A stretch of DNA of 64,000 bases from an uncultured bacterium (GTDB lineage Bacteria > Actinomycetota > Acidimicrobiia > Spongiisociales > UBA5794), in NCBI GenBank assembly GCA_963844835.1, contig CAWJPT010000017.1:11433-75432 (forward strand), written 5' to 3'. Position 1 is the stretch's first letter. Every line of letters starts with the position of its first letter. Made by a program: the position numbers and the translations under genes. This document shows, piece after piece, positions 22,664 to 34,291 of this stretch. Under the pieces are notes generated by a model. That model was not told where the DNA came from, made no database searches, and saw only the letters and a program-made list of their open reading frames with translations.

Positions 22664-23534
22664 GTGAGCCAACCAAGAGCGGTGATCATCACCGGCATGT
22701 CGGGAGCGGGACGATCCCAGGCAGCCAACGTGATGGAGGACCTCGGGTACTTCGTCGTCGACAACCTTCCCGCAGAGATGATCAAGTTCCTCATCGATCA
22801 GATCGGTGTCCCCGAAGGCAAGCGGGAGAAGGTGGCGGTGGTCGTCGATACCAGGGGTGGTGTCACCCACGATGCGCTCGAGGAAGCGTTGCATAGCCTG
22901 CTCCAGCGCAGTGTTCCCACCACGGTCCTGTTCATGGATGCCGACGACGCGACGCTCGAAGCGACGGTTCGAGGAGACAAGACGCAGCCATCCGATCAGC
23001 AAGGGAACATTGGCCGAGCGGATCGCTACTGAGCGGAGCGCGTTCGAGGAGATCAGGGGGCTGGCCGACGTGATCATCGACACCACCGACCTCAATGTGC
23101 ACGAGTTGCGTGATCGGGTCGTCAAGGCCTTCGAGGGGCCCAGAGCGCGACGGAGACTCCATGTTGACGTCATCTCGTTTGGCTTCAAGAAAGGAACCCC
23201 GCGCGTTGTCGATCTGTTGCTCGACGTCCGCTTCCTCCCGAATCCCCATTGGATCCCGGCACTTCGCCCTTTGACAGGCCACGACCAGGAGGTCCGCGAT
23301 CACGTGTTGGCCAGTGACGGTGCGCAGGAGTTCATCGACAAGACCATGGACCTGTTGGGATTCCTGCTCCCACGATACGAAGCCGAGGGCAAGGCATACC
23401 TCACTATCGGGATCGGCTGCACCGGTGGCCGTCACCGTTCGGTTGCTCTCGCAGACGAGATAACAGGTCGATTGAACAAAGCTGGATTTGCGGCAAATGT
23501 CACGCATCGTGATACCCCGGACGGTGCGGCGTGA
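22664..23534 (+). CDS. rapZ: RNase adapter / nucleotide-binding protein RapZ (frame break near 22961)
   Basis: P-loop [12 protein letters not shown]. ..DADDATLE|[11 protein letters not shown].. joins frame 2 to 0. C-terminal ..[19 protein letters not shown]. Confidence 0.9.
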
Positions 23535-24505
23535 TGTCGTGAATACTCCACTCACCCAGGAGCTCGAGCAAGCACTTGCCGCTTCAGGCAACGGCCCGCA
23601 CGTGGTCGCCATCGGTGGCGGCAAAGGTCTGGCGACCGCTCTGCACGCAATCCAACGTTATGCGGGGCGGATCGATGCCATCGTGACCGTCGCGGACGAC
23701 GGAGGCTCCTCCGGGCGGTTGGCGCCCGGCCTGGAGATCCCGCCCCCCGGAGACATCAGGAAGTGCCTTTTGGCCCTCGCCCCGGGCGATTCGGTGTGGA
23801 AGGACCTCTTCGAGTATCGCTTTGACGCCTCGGATGTGAGCGGTCACTCGCTCGGCAACCTGATCATCGCGTCGCTTGCCGATCTGACCGGGGATTTTCG
23901 CTCGGCGTTGCGGGCAGCCGAGACCCTGCTCGGATCGGTTGGCTCAGTCATCCCGGTATCGCCACAGCGTATGCACATCGAGGCAGTTGTCGACGGCGCT
24001 GATGTCGTGGGCCAGGTGGCACTTGCGTTGAGCCGGGGACACGTCGAGGAGATGCGGCTGGTGCCGACCGACGCCGTCGCTAGTGACGAGGCGGTCATGG
24101 CCATCGAGCAGGCCGACCAGATCGTTGTCGGACCGGGCAGCCTCTATACGTCGGTGCTGGCAGCGCTACTGGTCCCGGGGATCGTCGACGCCGTCAACCG
24201 TGCCAGGGGACGTCTGGTCTATGTCGCAAATATCAGCACTCAGGACGGCGAGACGCTGGGCATGGACGGCGCCGATCACTTAGATGCACTTATGACAATG
24301 AGTCGACTGAGGCCCCCTGCTGCTATCGTCGCGAATGAGACGTCAGTGACGTTTCCGCCTCCGCTGGAAGCGCTTGCAGTCGATGCGGAGGTAATGGCAA
24401 CTTACGGTGTAGACGTTGTCTCCGGGGATTTTGTGGACTGTCTCCTCGACGGTCCCGCGACACGATCCCGTGCGCCTCGGCGGCGCTCTGGCGCGTCTCA
24501 TCTGA
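23524..24505 (+). CDS. yvcK: YvcK/CuvA-family (CofD-like) gluconeogenesis/cell-shape factor (frame break about 24445)
   Basis: VVAIGGGKGLATAL..IVTVADDGGSSGRL. The listed ORF runs 40 nt into gap. The next frame gives the family-typical ending ..VPRHDPVRLGGALARLI* with TGA at 24503-24505. GTG 23524 overlaps the rapZ end. Confidence 0.85.
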
Positions 24506-25525
<1,020 letters not shown>

Positions 25526-25537
25526 ATAGAAACGATC

Positions 25538-26723
25538 ATGACGAATCTCCCAACGCTCGACTCTCTGAGAGTCGAAGGGAAGACCGTGCTCGTGCGTTCA
25601 GATCTGAACGTGCCGTTGGATGACGGGGAGGTGGCCGACGATTTCCGGATCGGGGCAAGCCTCCCCACCATCCGGGCGCTGCTCGACCGCGGAGCCAAGG
25701 TGGTTGTATGCAGCCATCTCGGCCGCCCCAAGGGGATCGATGAAGCGTTCCGGATGGATCCGGTGGGCAGACGTATGTCCCAGCTCGGCGGTTTTCCGGT
25801 GAACAAGCTCGACGTCGTGGCCGGTCCCGAGGCAGAGGCGGCCATCTCGGCCACCGATGCAACGACGGTAACGCTGCTCGAGAACACCCGGTTCGAGCCC
25901 GGGGAGACGAAGAACGATCCGGAGCTGGCAGACAGATTGGCCCGATTGGCGGATTTGTTCGTGCTCGATGCATTCGGCTCTGCCCATCGTGCCCATGCCA
26001 CGACGGTCGGCGTCGCCGAGCGACTTCGTTCCGCCGCCGGCCTGCTGCTCGCCAAGGAGGTCGAGTCACTGTCGGTCCTCCTGGGAGATCCGGATCGTCC
26101 CTACCTGGTGATCCTGGGTGGCGCAAAGATATCCGACAAGCTTGCTGTGATGGAGCATCTGCTCCCTCGGGTAGACGAGATGATTGTGGGCGGTGGCATG
26201 TGCTTCACGCTGTTGCGGGCGCAGGGCTACGAGGTGGGGAGCTCTCTGGTGGAGGAGTCCATGCTCGAAGTAGTCGGTGGTCTGCTGGCCGGTGAGCACG
26301 GTCACAAGATCTCTTTGCCGAGCGACATTGTCGTTGCCACGGCGTTTGCTCGAGGACGCCGATCACGAGGTGGTCGCCGTTGATGCCATCCCGGCGGACA
26401 TGATGGGCCTTGACATCGGGCCTGCCTCGATCGCCGCGTTCAAGACTGTGATCGACGGTGCGGCCAGCGTGTTCTGGAATGGGCCTATGGGTGTTTTCGA
26501 GTGGGAGGCATTCCGTGCGGGAACCGCGGGCGTCGCCGCGGCCCTTGCCGAGACCGATGGGTTCACCGTCATCGGTGGCGGTGACAGCGTGGCGGCGATC
26601 CGAATGCTCGGCCGGGAAGACCAGATATCACACGTCTCGAGTGGCGGCGGCGCCGGGCTGGAATTGCTCGAAGGCAAGGTACTACCGGGCGTAGCAGCCC
26701 TGGAGAGGTGGAATGATGCGTAA
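25538..26723 (+). CDS. pgk: phosphoglycerate kinase (frame break near 26351)
   Basis: VLVRSDLNVPLDDG, CSHLGRPKG. ..VVATAFA|EDADHEVVAVDAIP.. joins frame 2 to 0. FWNGPMGVFEW, GGGDS, STGGGA-like SSGGGAGLELLEGK. Confidence 0.95.
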
Positions 26724-27480
26724 GGACCTGATTGCAGGTAACTGGAAGATGCATGCAACGCATCTCGAGGCTATTCAAATGGTGCAGAAGCTCAGCTACC
26801 GGCTCGAGCCGTCGGATTACGAGCGGGTTGACGTTGTGGTGTGTCCGCCGCTTACCGCGCTGCGGTCGGTGCAAACCGTCATCGAGTCGGATCACCTCGA
26901 AATCAGTCTCGGTGCACAGCACTGCTTCTATGAGGAGAAAGGTGCCTTCACCGGCGAGGTGTCTCCCCAGATGCTCTCCAAGCTGTCGGTGTCTTACGTG
27001 ATCGCCGGGCACTCCGAGCGCCGGCAGATCTTCAAGGAGACCGACGAGGACGTCAACAAGAAGGTGAAGGCGATCTTCGACGAGGGCATGACCCCGATCA
27101 TGTGCTGCGGGGAGACCGAGGATGAGCGCGAGCAAGGTCTCACCGAGGAGAAGGTCGGATCGCAGGTCCGGCTCGGTCTTCAGGGACTGACCTCCGAGCA
27201 GGTGGCGGCCATGGTCATTGCCTACGAGCCGATCTGGGCTATCGGTACCGGCAAGACCGCCAGTGCCGACGACGCCGGTGACATGTGCACGTTTGTGCGC
27301 AACACAGTCGCTGAGATTTTCGGAGAGGCCGCTGACTCGGTCAGAATCCTGTACGGGGGGTCGGTGAAGCCGGGCAACATCGCAGGGCTGATGGCCAAGC
27401 GCGACATCGACGGTGCCCTGGTAGGTGGCGCATCACTCGACCCGGACAGCTTCGCCGGGATCGTCAGGTATTGGCTGTAG
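26713..27480 (+). CDS. tpiA: triose-phosphate isomerase
   Basis: IAGNWKMH, AGHSERR, AYEPIWAIGTGKTA, YGGSVKP. Intact; overlaps the pgk end by 11 nt. Confidence 0.96.
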   Translation: MMRKDLIAGNWKMHATHLEAIQMVQKLSYRLEPSDYERVDVVVCPPLTALRSVQTVIESDHLEISLGAQHCFYEEKGAFTGEVSPQMLSKLSVSYVIAGHSERRQIFKETDEDVNKKVKAIFDEGMTPIMCCGETEDEREQGLTEEKVGSQVRLGLQGLTSEQVAAMVIAYEPIWAIGTGKTASADDAGDMCTFVRNTVAEIFGEAADSVRILYGGSVKPGNIAGLMAKRDIDGALVGGASLDPDSFAGIVRYWL

Positions 27481-27668
27481 CAGCCGACAACTCGACACAA
27501 TCGCCTTGCATTTTCTCCCTGAACTAGCGCGTTGAGCGGGAACGGCAATGGGCATTGTCCCAGATGACATTCTTGTGCACTATGAGTGCCAGCGGCGCTA
27601 CGTGGGGTGGTTTGCCGTTCCAGGAAGGCACAACCGAATGGGGCCCCGGGCTACAGGGGTGGTGGGAA

Positions 27669-28043
27669 ATGAAGTACAGAGTATCGTTCGAGTTCAGGCT
27701 CACCCGGCGGGCTAGCTGGCCGCGTGATGGTGCTGGCTTCTACGAGCATGTCGGTGCGGTCGAGGAAAAGATCGAAGCACACGAATTCGTCTCCGACATC
27801 CGCCTCATCACCGATTTCGCCGAGTCATCGTTGATCGTGGACTTTGCCCTCGATGTCCCCAGCCACGTGGAACTCATCCGGGAAGCGCTGCGACTGGTGC
27901 GGGAGGCGATCGAGAGCGCAGGTGCTCGGCATTTCGGCATGGACACGGTTGGTGCCGGCATGTTGGTCGGATCAGGGGCGAGGCCCGGCGTCGACACACC
28001 GATCTGGCACAAGCGACGCGTCAACTTCGACATCGCTGCGTAG
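27669..28043 (+). CDS. hypothetical protein (124 aa)
   Basis: I prefer ATG 27669 (MKYRVSFEFRL..) to the upstream in-frame start at 27555. No recognisable motif. Coding-like composition. Confidence 0.45.
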   Translation: MKYRVSFEFRLTRRASWPRDGAGFYEHVGAVEEKIEAHEFVSDIRLITDFAESSLIVDFALDVPSHVELIREALRLVREAIESAGARHFGMDTVGAGMLVGSGARPGVDTPIWHKRRVNFDIAA

Positions 28044-28104
28044 CATCGTCGTCACCCTGGGTGGGTGGCCGGATGAGTAGAGTACAGGCGTCGAATGGAG
28101 GCCT

Positions 28105-29849
28105 ATGCGACGCTGCTCTGCTGTGCTGCTTGCCGTCGCGCTCGTCGCAGCGTCCTGCTCCGGGAACGGATCGCAATCACCATCGCCGACGCAGTCATCT
28201 GTGAGATCGACGACAACCGCGGTGCCAGTGGAGTCCACAACCACCACTACAGCCCCATTGCCGGCACTCGGTGGTTCTGTGATCATCGGAGAGAGTGAGG
28301 AGCCGGTGACGCTCAACCCGTTTGCCGAAGGGGGGAGTGACTCCGCAGTTTCGCTCATTGGACAGGCCCACCTGGCCGGGGTATACGACATCGAGGCCGG
28401 GAGCCTGCAGCTGATCCCCGAGCTCGTCACTGAACTGCCTTCAGTCGGGAACGGTGGGGTGACCCTCAATGCAGACGGGACGATGACCGTTCGCTACCAG
28501 GTCCGTGAGGAAGCGGTCTGGAGTGACGGGGAACCGATCACGGGGTCGGATCTCGAGTTCACCCTCGAGACCATGCTCGCACAGGCCGGCGACGATGCGG
28601 CGCCTCCATACGACGTGGTCGCCACCACCGCCAGCGGCAAATCCTTCGAGGTGGTGCTTGCCGGGCCGACGGTGACGTATGAGACGATGTTCCCCGTTGT
28701 GCTCCCCGAGCATGCCGTCGCCGGTACGAACATCGCCACGGCGTGGAACGACAAGATGTGGCCGTCGGCCGGGCCATTTGTCGTGGCGGAATGGCAGCCA
28801 GGCGAATACTTGAGGCTCGTCCGCAATGAGAACTACTGGAAGACCGATCTCGAGACCGGCGTCAGGCTGCCATATCTAGACGAGGTCATATTCAGCTTCC
28901 ATACCGATCCGCTCGAGATGGTTTCGGCCTTCATCGGGCGCGAGCTGGATGTCATCATCCCTTCACCGGATCCAGACACGCTCGGACGGCTCAGCAACCT
29001 GAAGGACGACGGCGTCGACGTCCAGATAGTGCCCGGGACGTTGTGGGAACATGTCAACTTCCAGTTCGGTCCCAACGACCGAAATGGAGAGTCGCTCAAC
29101 TATGACCGCTCATACCGCCAGGCGATTGCCTATGCCATCGACCCCGAAGCGCTCGCTGCTCTCGTCGGTTGGGTGCCGATCACGTCGATCCTCAGCCCAT
29201 GGGACGACGGTGGCCCGTGGAGCCAATACGTCGAGGATGTCGACAAGGCGGGACAGCTGCTTGCCCAGGCGTGCGCAGACGCGGAACGCGACTGCGTAAC
29301 GGAGCCACCCCGGCTGATCTTCTCGACGACATCGAACTCATGGGAGCGGCCCGAGATCGCCGACGCATCTCGCTCGGATGCTGGGCCGGATCGGTATCGT
29401 CGTCGAACTGCAACTGGAGGACTCGCAGCTGTTCTTCGGCGAGACACTCGACGACGGGACCTGGGACGTTGGCTTGTGGGCGTGGGTGGCAGGCCCTGAT
29501 GCCGCAGGGTTTCTGGCGACGCTCGACTTCTTCGACCCGGATGCGCCGCCGCCCGACGGGGACAACTACTACCGGTGGGGCACCCCCGGGTCTTCGGTCA
29601 ACGATGATGTTGTGGCACGCTACCGGAGTATCACTGCCACGGCTCGTGAATCGGTCGACCCTGAAGAGGTTGTCGCATTGGCCCGTGCCGCGGAGGAGTT
29701 GCTCGCCGATAATGCGGTCGTTGATCCCGGTCGCGTCACGACCGGTCGTTGGGGCGGTGTGGGCGGACTCGCTCGGTGGGTTCGAGATGAATGCATCGAC
29801 TGCGGGGGCCACCTGGAACATCGAGTTCTGGCATCGCCTAGCGTCCTGA
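28105..29849 (+). CDS. ABC transporter substrate-binding lipoprotein, family 5 (peptide/nickel type), orphan copy (frame breaks about 29365 and about 29723)
   Basis: Lipobox LVAASC. Ser/Thr-rich linker. Conserved blocks NENYWKTD, LEDSQLFFGETLDDGTWDVGLWAW, YYRWGTP. Ends ..IPVASRPVVGAVWADSLGGFEMNASTAGATWNIEFWHRLAS* in the third frame (TGA 29847-29849). Confidence 0.85.
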
Positions 29850-29941
29850 TCGGTGTCGAGTTCCGTCGCAGGCCGCGCCGGAACTGACCTTTGCGTGATT
29901 GCCGACTAGCTTTGGTCGGGATCCCAGATAGGAGTCTTCTG

Positions 29942-30682
29942 ATGGCAACACTCGTTCTGCTTCGCCACGGTCAATCGACGTGGAATCTCGAGAATGTGTT
30001 CACCGGCTGGACCGACGTTCCCCTATCTGAAAAGGGGATCGACGAGGCGAGGTCAGCCGGGAAGATCATGAAGGAGGAGGGCCTTCAGTTCGACGTGGCC
30101 CACACATCTGTGCTCGAGCGTGCCATCAACACTCTCCACCTTGCGCTGCTCGAGATGGGCCAGGTGTGGATCCCGGTGGTGAAGCATTGGCGCCTGAACG
30201 AGCGTCACTACGGGGCTCTCCAGGGACTCAACAAGAAGGAGACCTCGGACCAGCACGGCAAGGAGCAGGTGCACATCTGGCGGCGCTCGTATTCGACCCC
30301 GCCGCCTGCGCTCGATCCGATGGACGAGCGCCATCCGGGTCACGACCCGCGCTACGCCTGGATGCCGTCCGACCTGCTCCCCGCTACAGAATGCCTCGAG
30401 GACGTGGTCGAGCGGATGCTGCCGTATTGGTTCGACGCAATCGTCCCTGATCTGAGAGCCGGCAAAGTTGTCATCGTTGCCGCGCACGGGAACAGCTTGC
30501 GAGCGTTGGTGAAGCATCTCGACGGGATCTCCGACGAAGAGATCCCGGATCTGAATATCCCAACTGGGATTCCATTGTTGTATGAGCTCGACGAGGATCT
30601 GCAGCCGATCAGCAGCCGCTATCTCGGCGACGCGGCGGCGGCCGCAGCGGCGGCGGAGGCCGTTGCGAAACAGGCTGGTTGA
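29942..30682 (+). CDS. gpmA: 2,3-bisphosphoglycerate-dependent phosphoglycerate mutase
   Basis: [26 protein letters not shown] (RHG motif), ..[11 protein letters not shown].., [15 protein letters not shown] lies 8 nt upstream of ATG 29942. Confidence 0.93.
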   Translation: MATLVLLRHGQSTWNLENVFTGWTDVPLSEKGIDEARSAGKIMKEEGLQFDVAHTSVLERAINTLHLALLEMGQVWIPVVKHWRLNERHYGALQGLNKKETSDQHGKEQVHIWRRSYSTPPPALDPMDERHPGHDPRYAWMPSDLLPATECLEDVVERMLPYWFDAIVPDLRAGKVVIVAAHGNSLRALVKHLDGISDEEIPDLNIPTGIPLLYELDEDLQPISSRYLGDAAAAAAAAEAVAKQAG

Positions 30683-30807
30683 GGCGGCATCGGGGCGGCG
30701 TATGCTTCCAGATGCTGCCGTGATGACTTGATCTTCTCCACGGAAGGCTCCATACTGCGCGATTGATGGGCCCGTGTGTGCGGGTCCCGTGTGAGAAAGG
30801 GAGACTC

Positions 30808-31038
30808 TTGGCATCAGTCGTTGCGGCGTTGCACGCGCTCGTGTCGCTCGGCCTCATTTTCCTCATCCTGCTTCATGCAGGTCGGGGAGGAGGCGTTTCC
30901 GACATGTTCGGCGGTGGCATGAGTGGAGGCTTTTCGGGGTCCAATGTCGTGGAGAGGAATCTCGACAGGATCACGGTTGCTGTATCTGCCGTGTTTGCAG
31001 TTACCACGGTCACTTTGACGTGGCTCTGGGCGCATTGA
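30808..31038 (+). CDS. secG: preprotein translocase subunit SecG
   Basis: TTG 30808 after AAGGGAG. Two TM helices flank a Gly-rich loop (LILLHAGRGGGVSDMFGGGMSGGFSGS). About 76 aa. Confidence 0.75.
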   Translation: MASVVAALHALVSLGLIFLILLHAGRGGGVSDMFGGGMSGGFSGSNVVERNLDRITVAVSAVFAVTTVTLTWLWAH

Positions 31039-31087
31039 TCACTGATTTCATCTGTTTCCCTACACGGAATACCAAGGAGGCAACACC

Positions 31088-32905
31088 TTGAATCGATTGT
31101 GGCGTAGCCGCAAGGTGTTGTGGTTGGCGGTACTTCTAGCTTTCGCAATGATCGTCACTGCTTGTGGCGGCGATGACGGAGCCAGTAGCACCACGCGACC
31201 ACTACGACACAAGCAACCCAAGGAACAACGACTACTGCTGCTCCTGCTACTACGGCAGCACCAGAGACGACGACCACCACCACTGAAGCCCCGGGCAAGC
31301 AGTACGGTGGCGAGGTCATCGTCGCTGACGACCAGGAGCCCCCGACCTTGAACCCGCTGGTTCCGGGTGGAGACAATGCAGTCGTCTCTCGTATCGGCCA
31401 GGCATACCTCGCTGGTGTCCAGGAGATCGACGGCTACACGCTGGAGCTCATCCCGGAGTTGGTGACAGAGCTCCCGACCGTTGAGAACGGCGGCGTTGTC
31501 GTCAACGACGACGGCACGATGACGGTCAACTACCAGATTCGTGACGAGGCGGTTTGGTCGGACGGAGAGCAGATCAGCGGTGATGACTTCCAGTTCACGC
31601 TGGACACCATCATGGATCCGAATCTCCCGACCAACAAGTCGACCTACGAGGACATCATCTCGACCGACGCCGGTGCCGAAGACGTTCTCGCTACACGCTC
31701 GCTCAGCCGACCTTCTCTCTACGAGTTGCTCTTCGGCACCATCGTCCCGAAGCATGCGGTCGAGGGCACCGACTTCGAGACCGACTGGAACGAGACAGAT
31801 GTGGCCGTCCGCCGGCCCGTTTGTCTTCGACAGCTGGCAGAAGGGTGAGTACATCAAGGTCGTCCGCAACGACAACTACTGGAAGACCGATCCCGAGACC
31901 GGTCAGCAGCTGCCGTACCTCGACAGCGTTGTCATGCGGTTCATCCCGGAGACCGAGTCGATCATCACCGCCTTCAAGGGCCGTGAGGTCGATGTCATCC
32001 AGCCTCCGCCGGCAACCGATACCATCGAGGCTCTGCAGGCTCTCGAGCCTGAGGGCGCCATCGTCGAGGTTCTCAGCGGACCGGTTTGGGAGCACCTGGC
32101 CTTCCAGTTCGGCCCCGGCCGTCTCGAGAAGAACCCGAACTCGGCAAACGAGAATCTCAACTATCGCAAGGGCGTCGCCTACACCATCAACAAGAACCTC
32201 ATCGTCGATGAGATCCTCGCCGGTCAGGTCGAGCCGCTCGACGGATTCCTCGACACGACACAGCCTGCGATCGCGTTGGATCCGTGGAAGCAGTACAGCT
32301 ATGACCCGGACTAAGGCCATGGAGTACTTCGACAAGGCCAAGGCAGAGCTAGGCGTTGACGAGCTCTATACCGTCTTCTCGACCACGTCCAACAACGATG
32401 CTCGCGTCAAGCTCTCCGAGCTGTTCGTGAACATGTTCCAGGACGTCGGTGTCAACTACGAGAACAAGCTCGAGGACTCGCAGCTGTTCTTCGGTGAGAC
32501 GCTCGACAACGGTCTGTGGGACCTTGGTGAGTGGGCATGGCTCGGTTCGCCGGGTACGCCTGGATCGCTGCAGAACTACGACCTGTTCGACCCGCAGGCT
32601 CCGCCGCCGGATGGCCAGAACTACTACCGCTGGGGTACCCCGGATTCGTCGGTCATCGACGAGAACACGACAGCGGTTCGCCGATATCCGCGACGAGCTG
32701 AACGCTTCTGTCGACACCGCCGTCCTCACCCCGCTGATGCAGGAAGGCGAGGCAGATCATTGCCGACCAGGTCGTGATCATCCCGCTGTATGCCCGTCTC
32801 GTGACGGCAGCGGTCTGGGGCGACAAGGTCGGTGGCTACAAGCACAACCCGACCCAGGCGTCCGACCTGTGGAACATCGAAGACTGGTATCGCGTCGACC
32901 TCTAG
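31088..32905 (+). CDS. ABC transporter substrate-binding lipoprotein, family 5 (Opp/Dpp type), first gene of the importer operon (five frame breaks)
   Basis: TTG after AAGGAGG. Lipobox MIVTAC. Thr/Ala/Pro linker. The protein threads frames 2,1,2,0,1,2 with breaks at about 31196, 31795, 32312 (an extra T creates a TAA), 32670 and 32752. Ends ..WNIEDWYRVDL* (TAG 32903-32905). Confidence 0.85.
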
Positions 32906-32928
32906 GGTCAACCCGAAACTGATCAAGC

Positions 32929-32967
32929 GAGAGAGGGGCCCACATAGCGGGCCCCTCTCTCGTTTCT
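32929..32967 (+). terminator. intrinsic terminator/attenuator between the binding-protein gene and the permease genes
   Basis: Perfect 13-bp stem GAGAGAGGGGCCC / GGGCCCCTCTCTC (32929-32941 / 32949-32961), 7-nt loop, followed by GTTTCT. Confidence 0.7.
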
Positions 32968-33064
32968 ACCGTTGCCGGAGAAGGAGCCTCAGGCTCGACG
33001 CCTCCTCACTCTGAGGGCGCCTTCCCTGGTATAGTCCCTGAACCCGAGCGGGAGGCATCGAAGG

Positions 33065-34291
33065 GTGTTTGCATACATCATCCGACGCTTGGTCTATGGC
33101 ATAGTCACACTGTTTGCATTGAGCCTGGTCGTGTTCGTGCTGATCCAGTTCTCTGGGGGCACACCACTCGACCGGCTGAAGCTGAATCCGAGGATGCAGC
33201 AGGTGATTCAGCAGCTGACCGAGCAATGGGGGCTCGACAAGCCCTGGTACCAGCAGTACTTCATCTGGCTCAAGAACTTCGTCACGCCCATGGACGTCCC
33301 GCAGCAAGCCGGTCTGACGGTCATCGCCGGAAAGATCGGGGTCCGCAGCTGGATTGCCATCGCCGCATTCCTCGGTGCCATCGGATACACAATCGCCACC
33401 TTCTTCGTCAAGATCGAAGCGAACTGGTGGCGCACCTACCGGGCGTTCTCGATCCTCGTCGCCGGCGTCATCGCCTTCTGGGTCATCAAGAGCCGGGTCG
33501 TCTTCGCACTGAACTGGGGCGAGTCATTCCGTGGCGACGGTGCAGTTTGGGACAACATATTCGGAGCGGCGGGGAACACATTCCGCCTCGGTGTCACCGC
33601 TCTCGCTCTAGCGCTCATCATCGGGATACCGCTGGGTGTTTACCAGGCGATCAAGCAATACTCGTTCTTCGATCAGCTGGCAACGACACTGTCGTTCATC
33701 ACGTTCTCGACGCCGATCTTCATCATCGGCGTCATGCTGCAGCTGATCCTTGCCTTCCAGCTGGAGCGGTGGATCGGGGTCAAGGTCTTCTACGTCGCCG
33801 GGATGACAAGCTCGGGTTACGAGGCGCTGGGACGTGGCTTCCTCGGGTTGCCCTCGCTGGCTCAGCTCGGTGACATCGTCCAGCACCTCACGTTGCCTGC
33901 GATCTCGATCGCGGCGATCTCGATGGCGGGCTATTCGCGGTTCCAGAGGGCATCGATGCTCGAGGTGATGCACTCCGACTACCTGCGCACTGCCAAGGCC
34001 AAGGGGTTGCCACGTCGCAGGATCATCGTCAAGCATGCCCTACGCAACGCCATGATCCCGATCGTCACCCTGGTGTCGGTCGATATTGCCTTCATCATCG
34101 GCGGTGCGGTGATCACCGAGTCGATCTTCGGTTGGCCGGGGATCGGGCGTCTCTACATCGGGGCGATCAACTCGGTCGACTATCCGACGATCATGGCGGT
34201 GGTGCTTGCAATCGGCGCAGGGGTGGTGGTTATGAATATCGTCGCCGATATTCTCTACGGTGTCCTAGATCCGAGAGTCAGATATGACTGA
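33065..34291 (+). CDS. ABC peptide-transporter permease (OppB/DppB-like) with an extra hydrophobic insertion
   Basis: MFAYIIRRLVYGIVTLFALSLVVFVLIQ. EAA-type loop SDYLRTAKAKGLPRRRIIVKHALRNA. 408 aa, longer than the 300-340 aa I would expect. Confidence 0.9.
   Translation: MFAYIIRRLVYGIVTLFALSLVVFVLIQFSGGTPLDRLKLNPRMQQVIQQLTEQWGLDKPWYQQYFIWLKNFVTPMDVPQQAGLTVIAGKIGVRSWIAIAAFLGAIGYTIATFFVKIEANWWRTYRAFSILVAGVIAFWVIKSRVVFALNWGESFRGDGAVWDNIFGAAGNTFRLGVTALALALIIGIPLGVYQAIKQYSFFDQLATTLSFITFSTPIFIIGVMLQLILAFQLERWIGVKVFYVAGMTSSGYEALGRGFLGLPSLAQLGDIVQHLTLPAISIAAISMAGYSRFQRASMLEVMHSDYLRTAKAKGLPRRRIIVKHALRNAMIPIVTLVSVDIAFIIGGAVITESIFGWPGIGRLYIGAINSVDYPTIMAVVLAIGAGVVVMNIVADILYGVLDPRVRYD

Noticed and set aside
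27555-27668. Upstream extension of the hypothetical gene (in-frame start at 27555, 162 aa).
   Set aside because: The N-terminal 38 residues (..TFLCTMSASGATWGGLPFQEGTTEWGPGLQGWWE) look non-coding (Trp/Gly-rich). I prefer the internal ATG 27669, but confidence is low either way.
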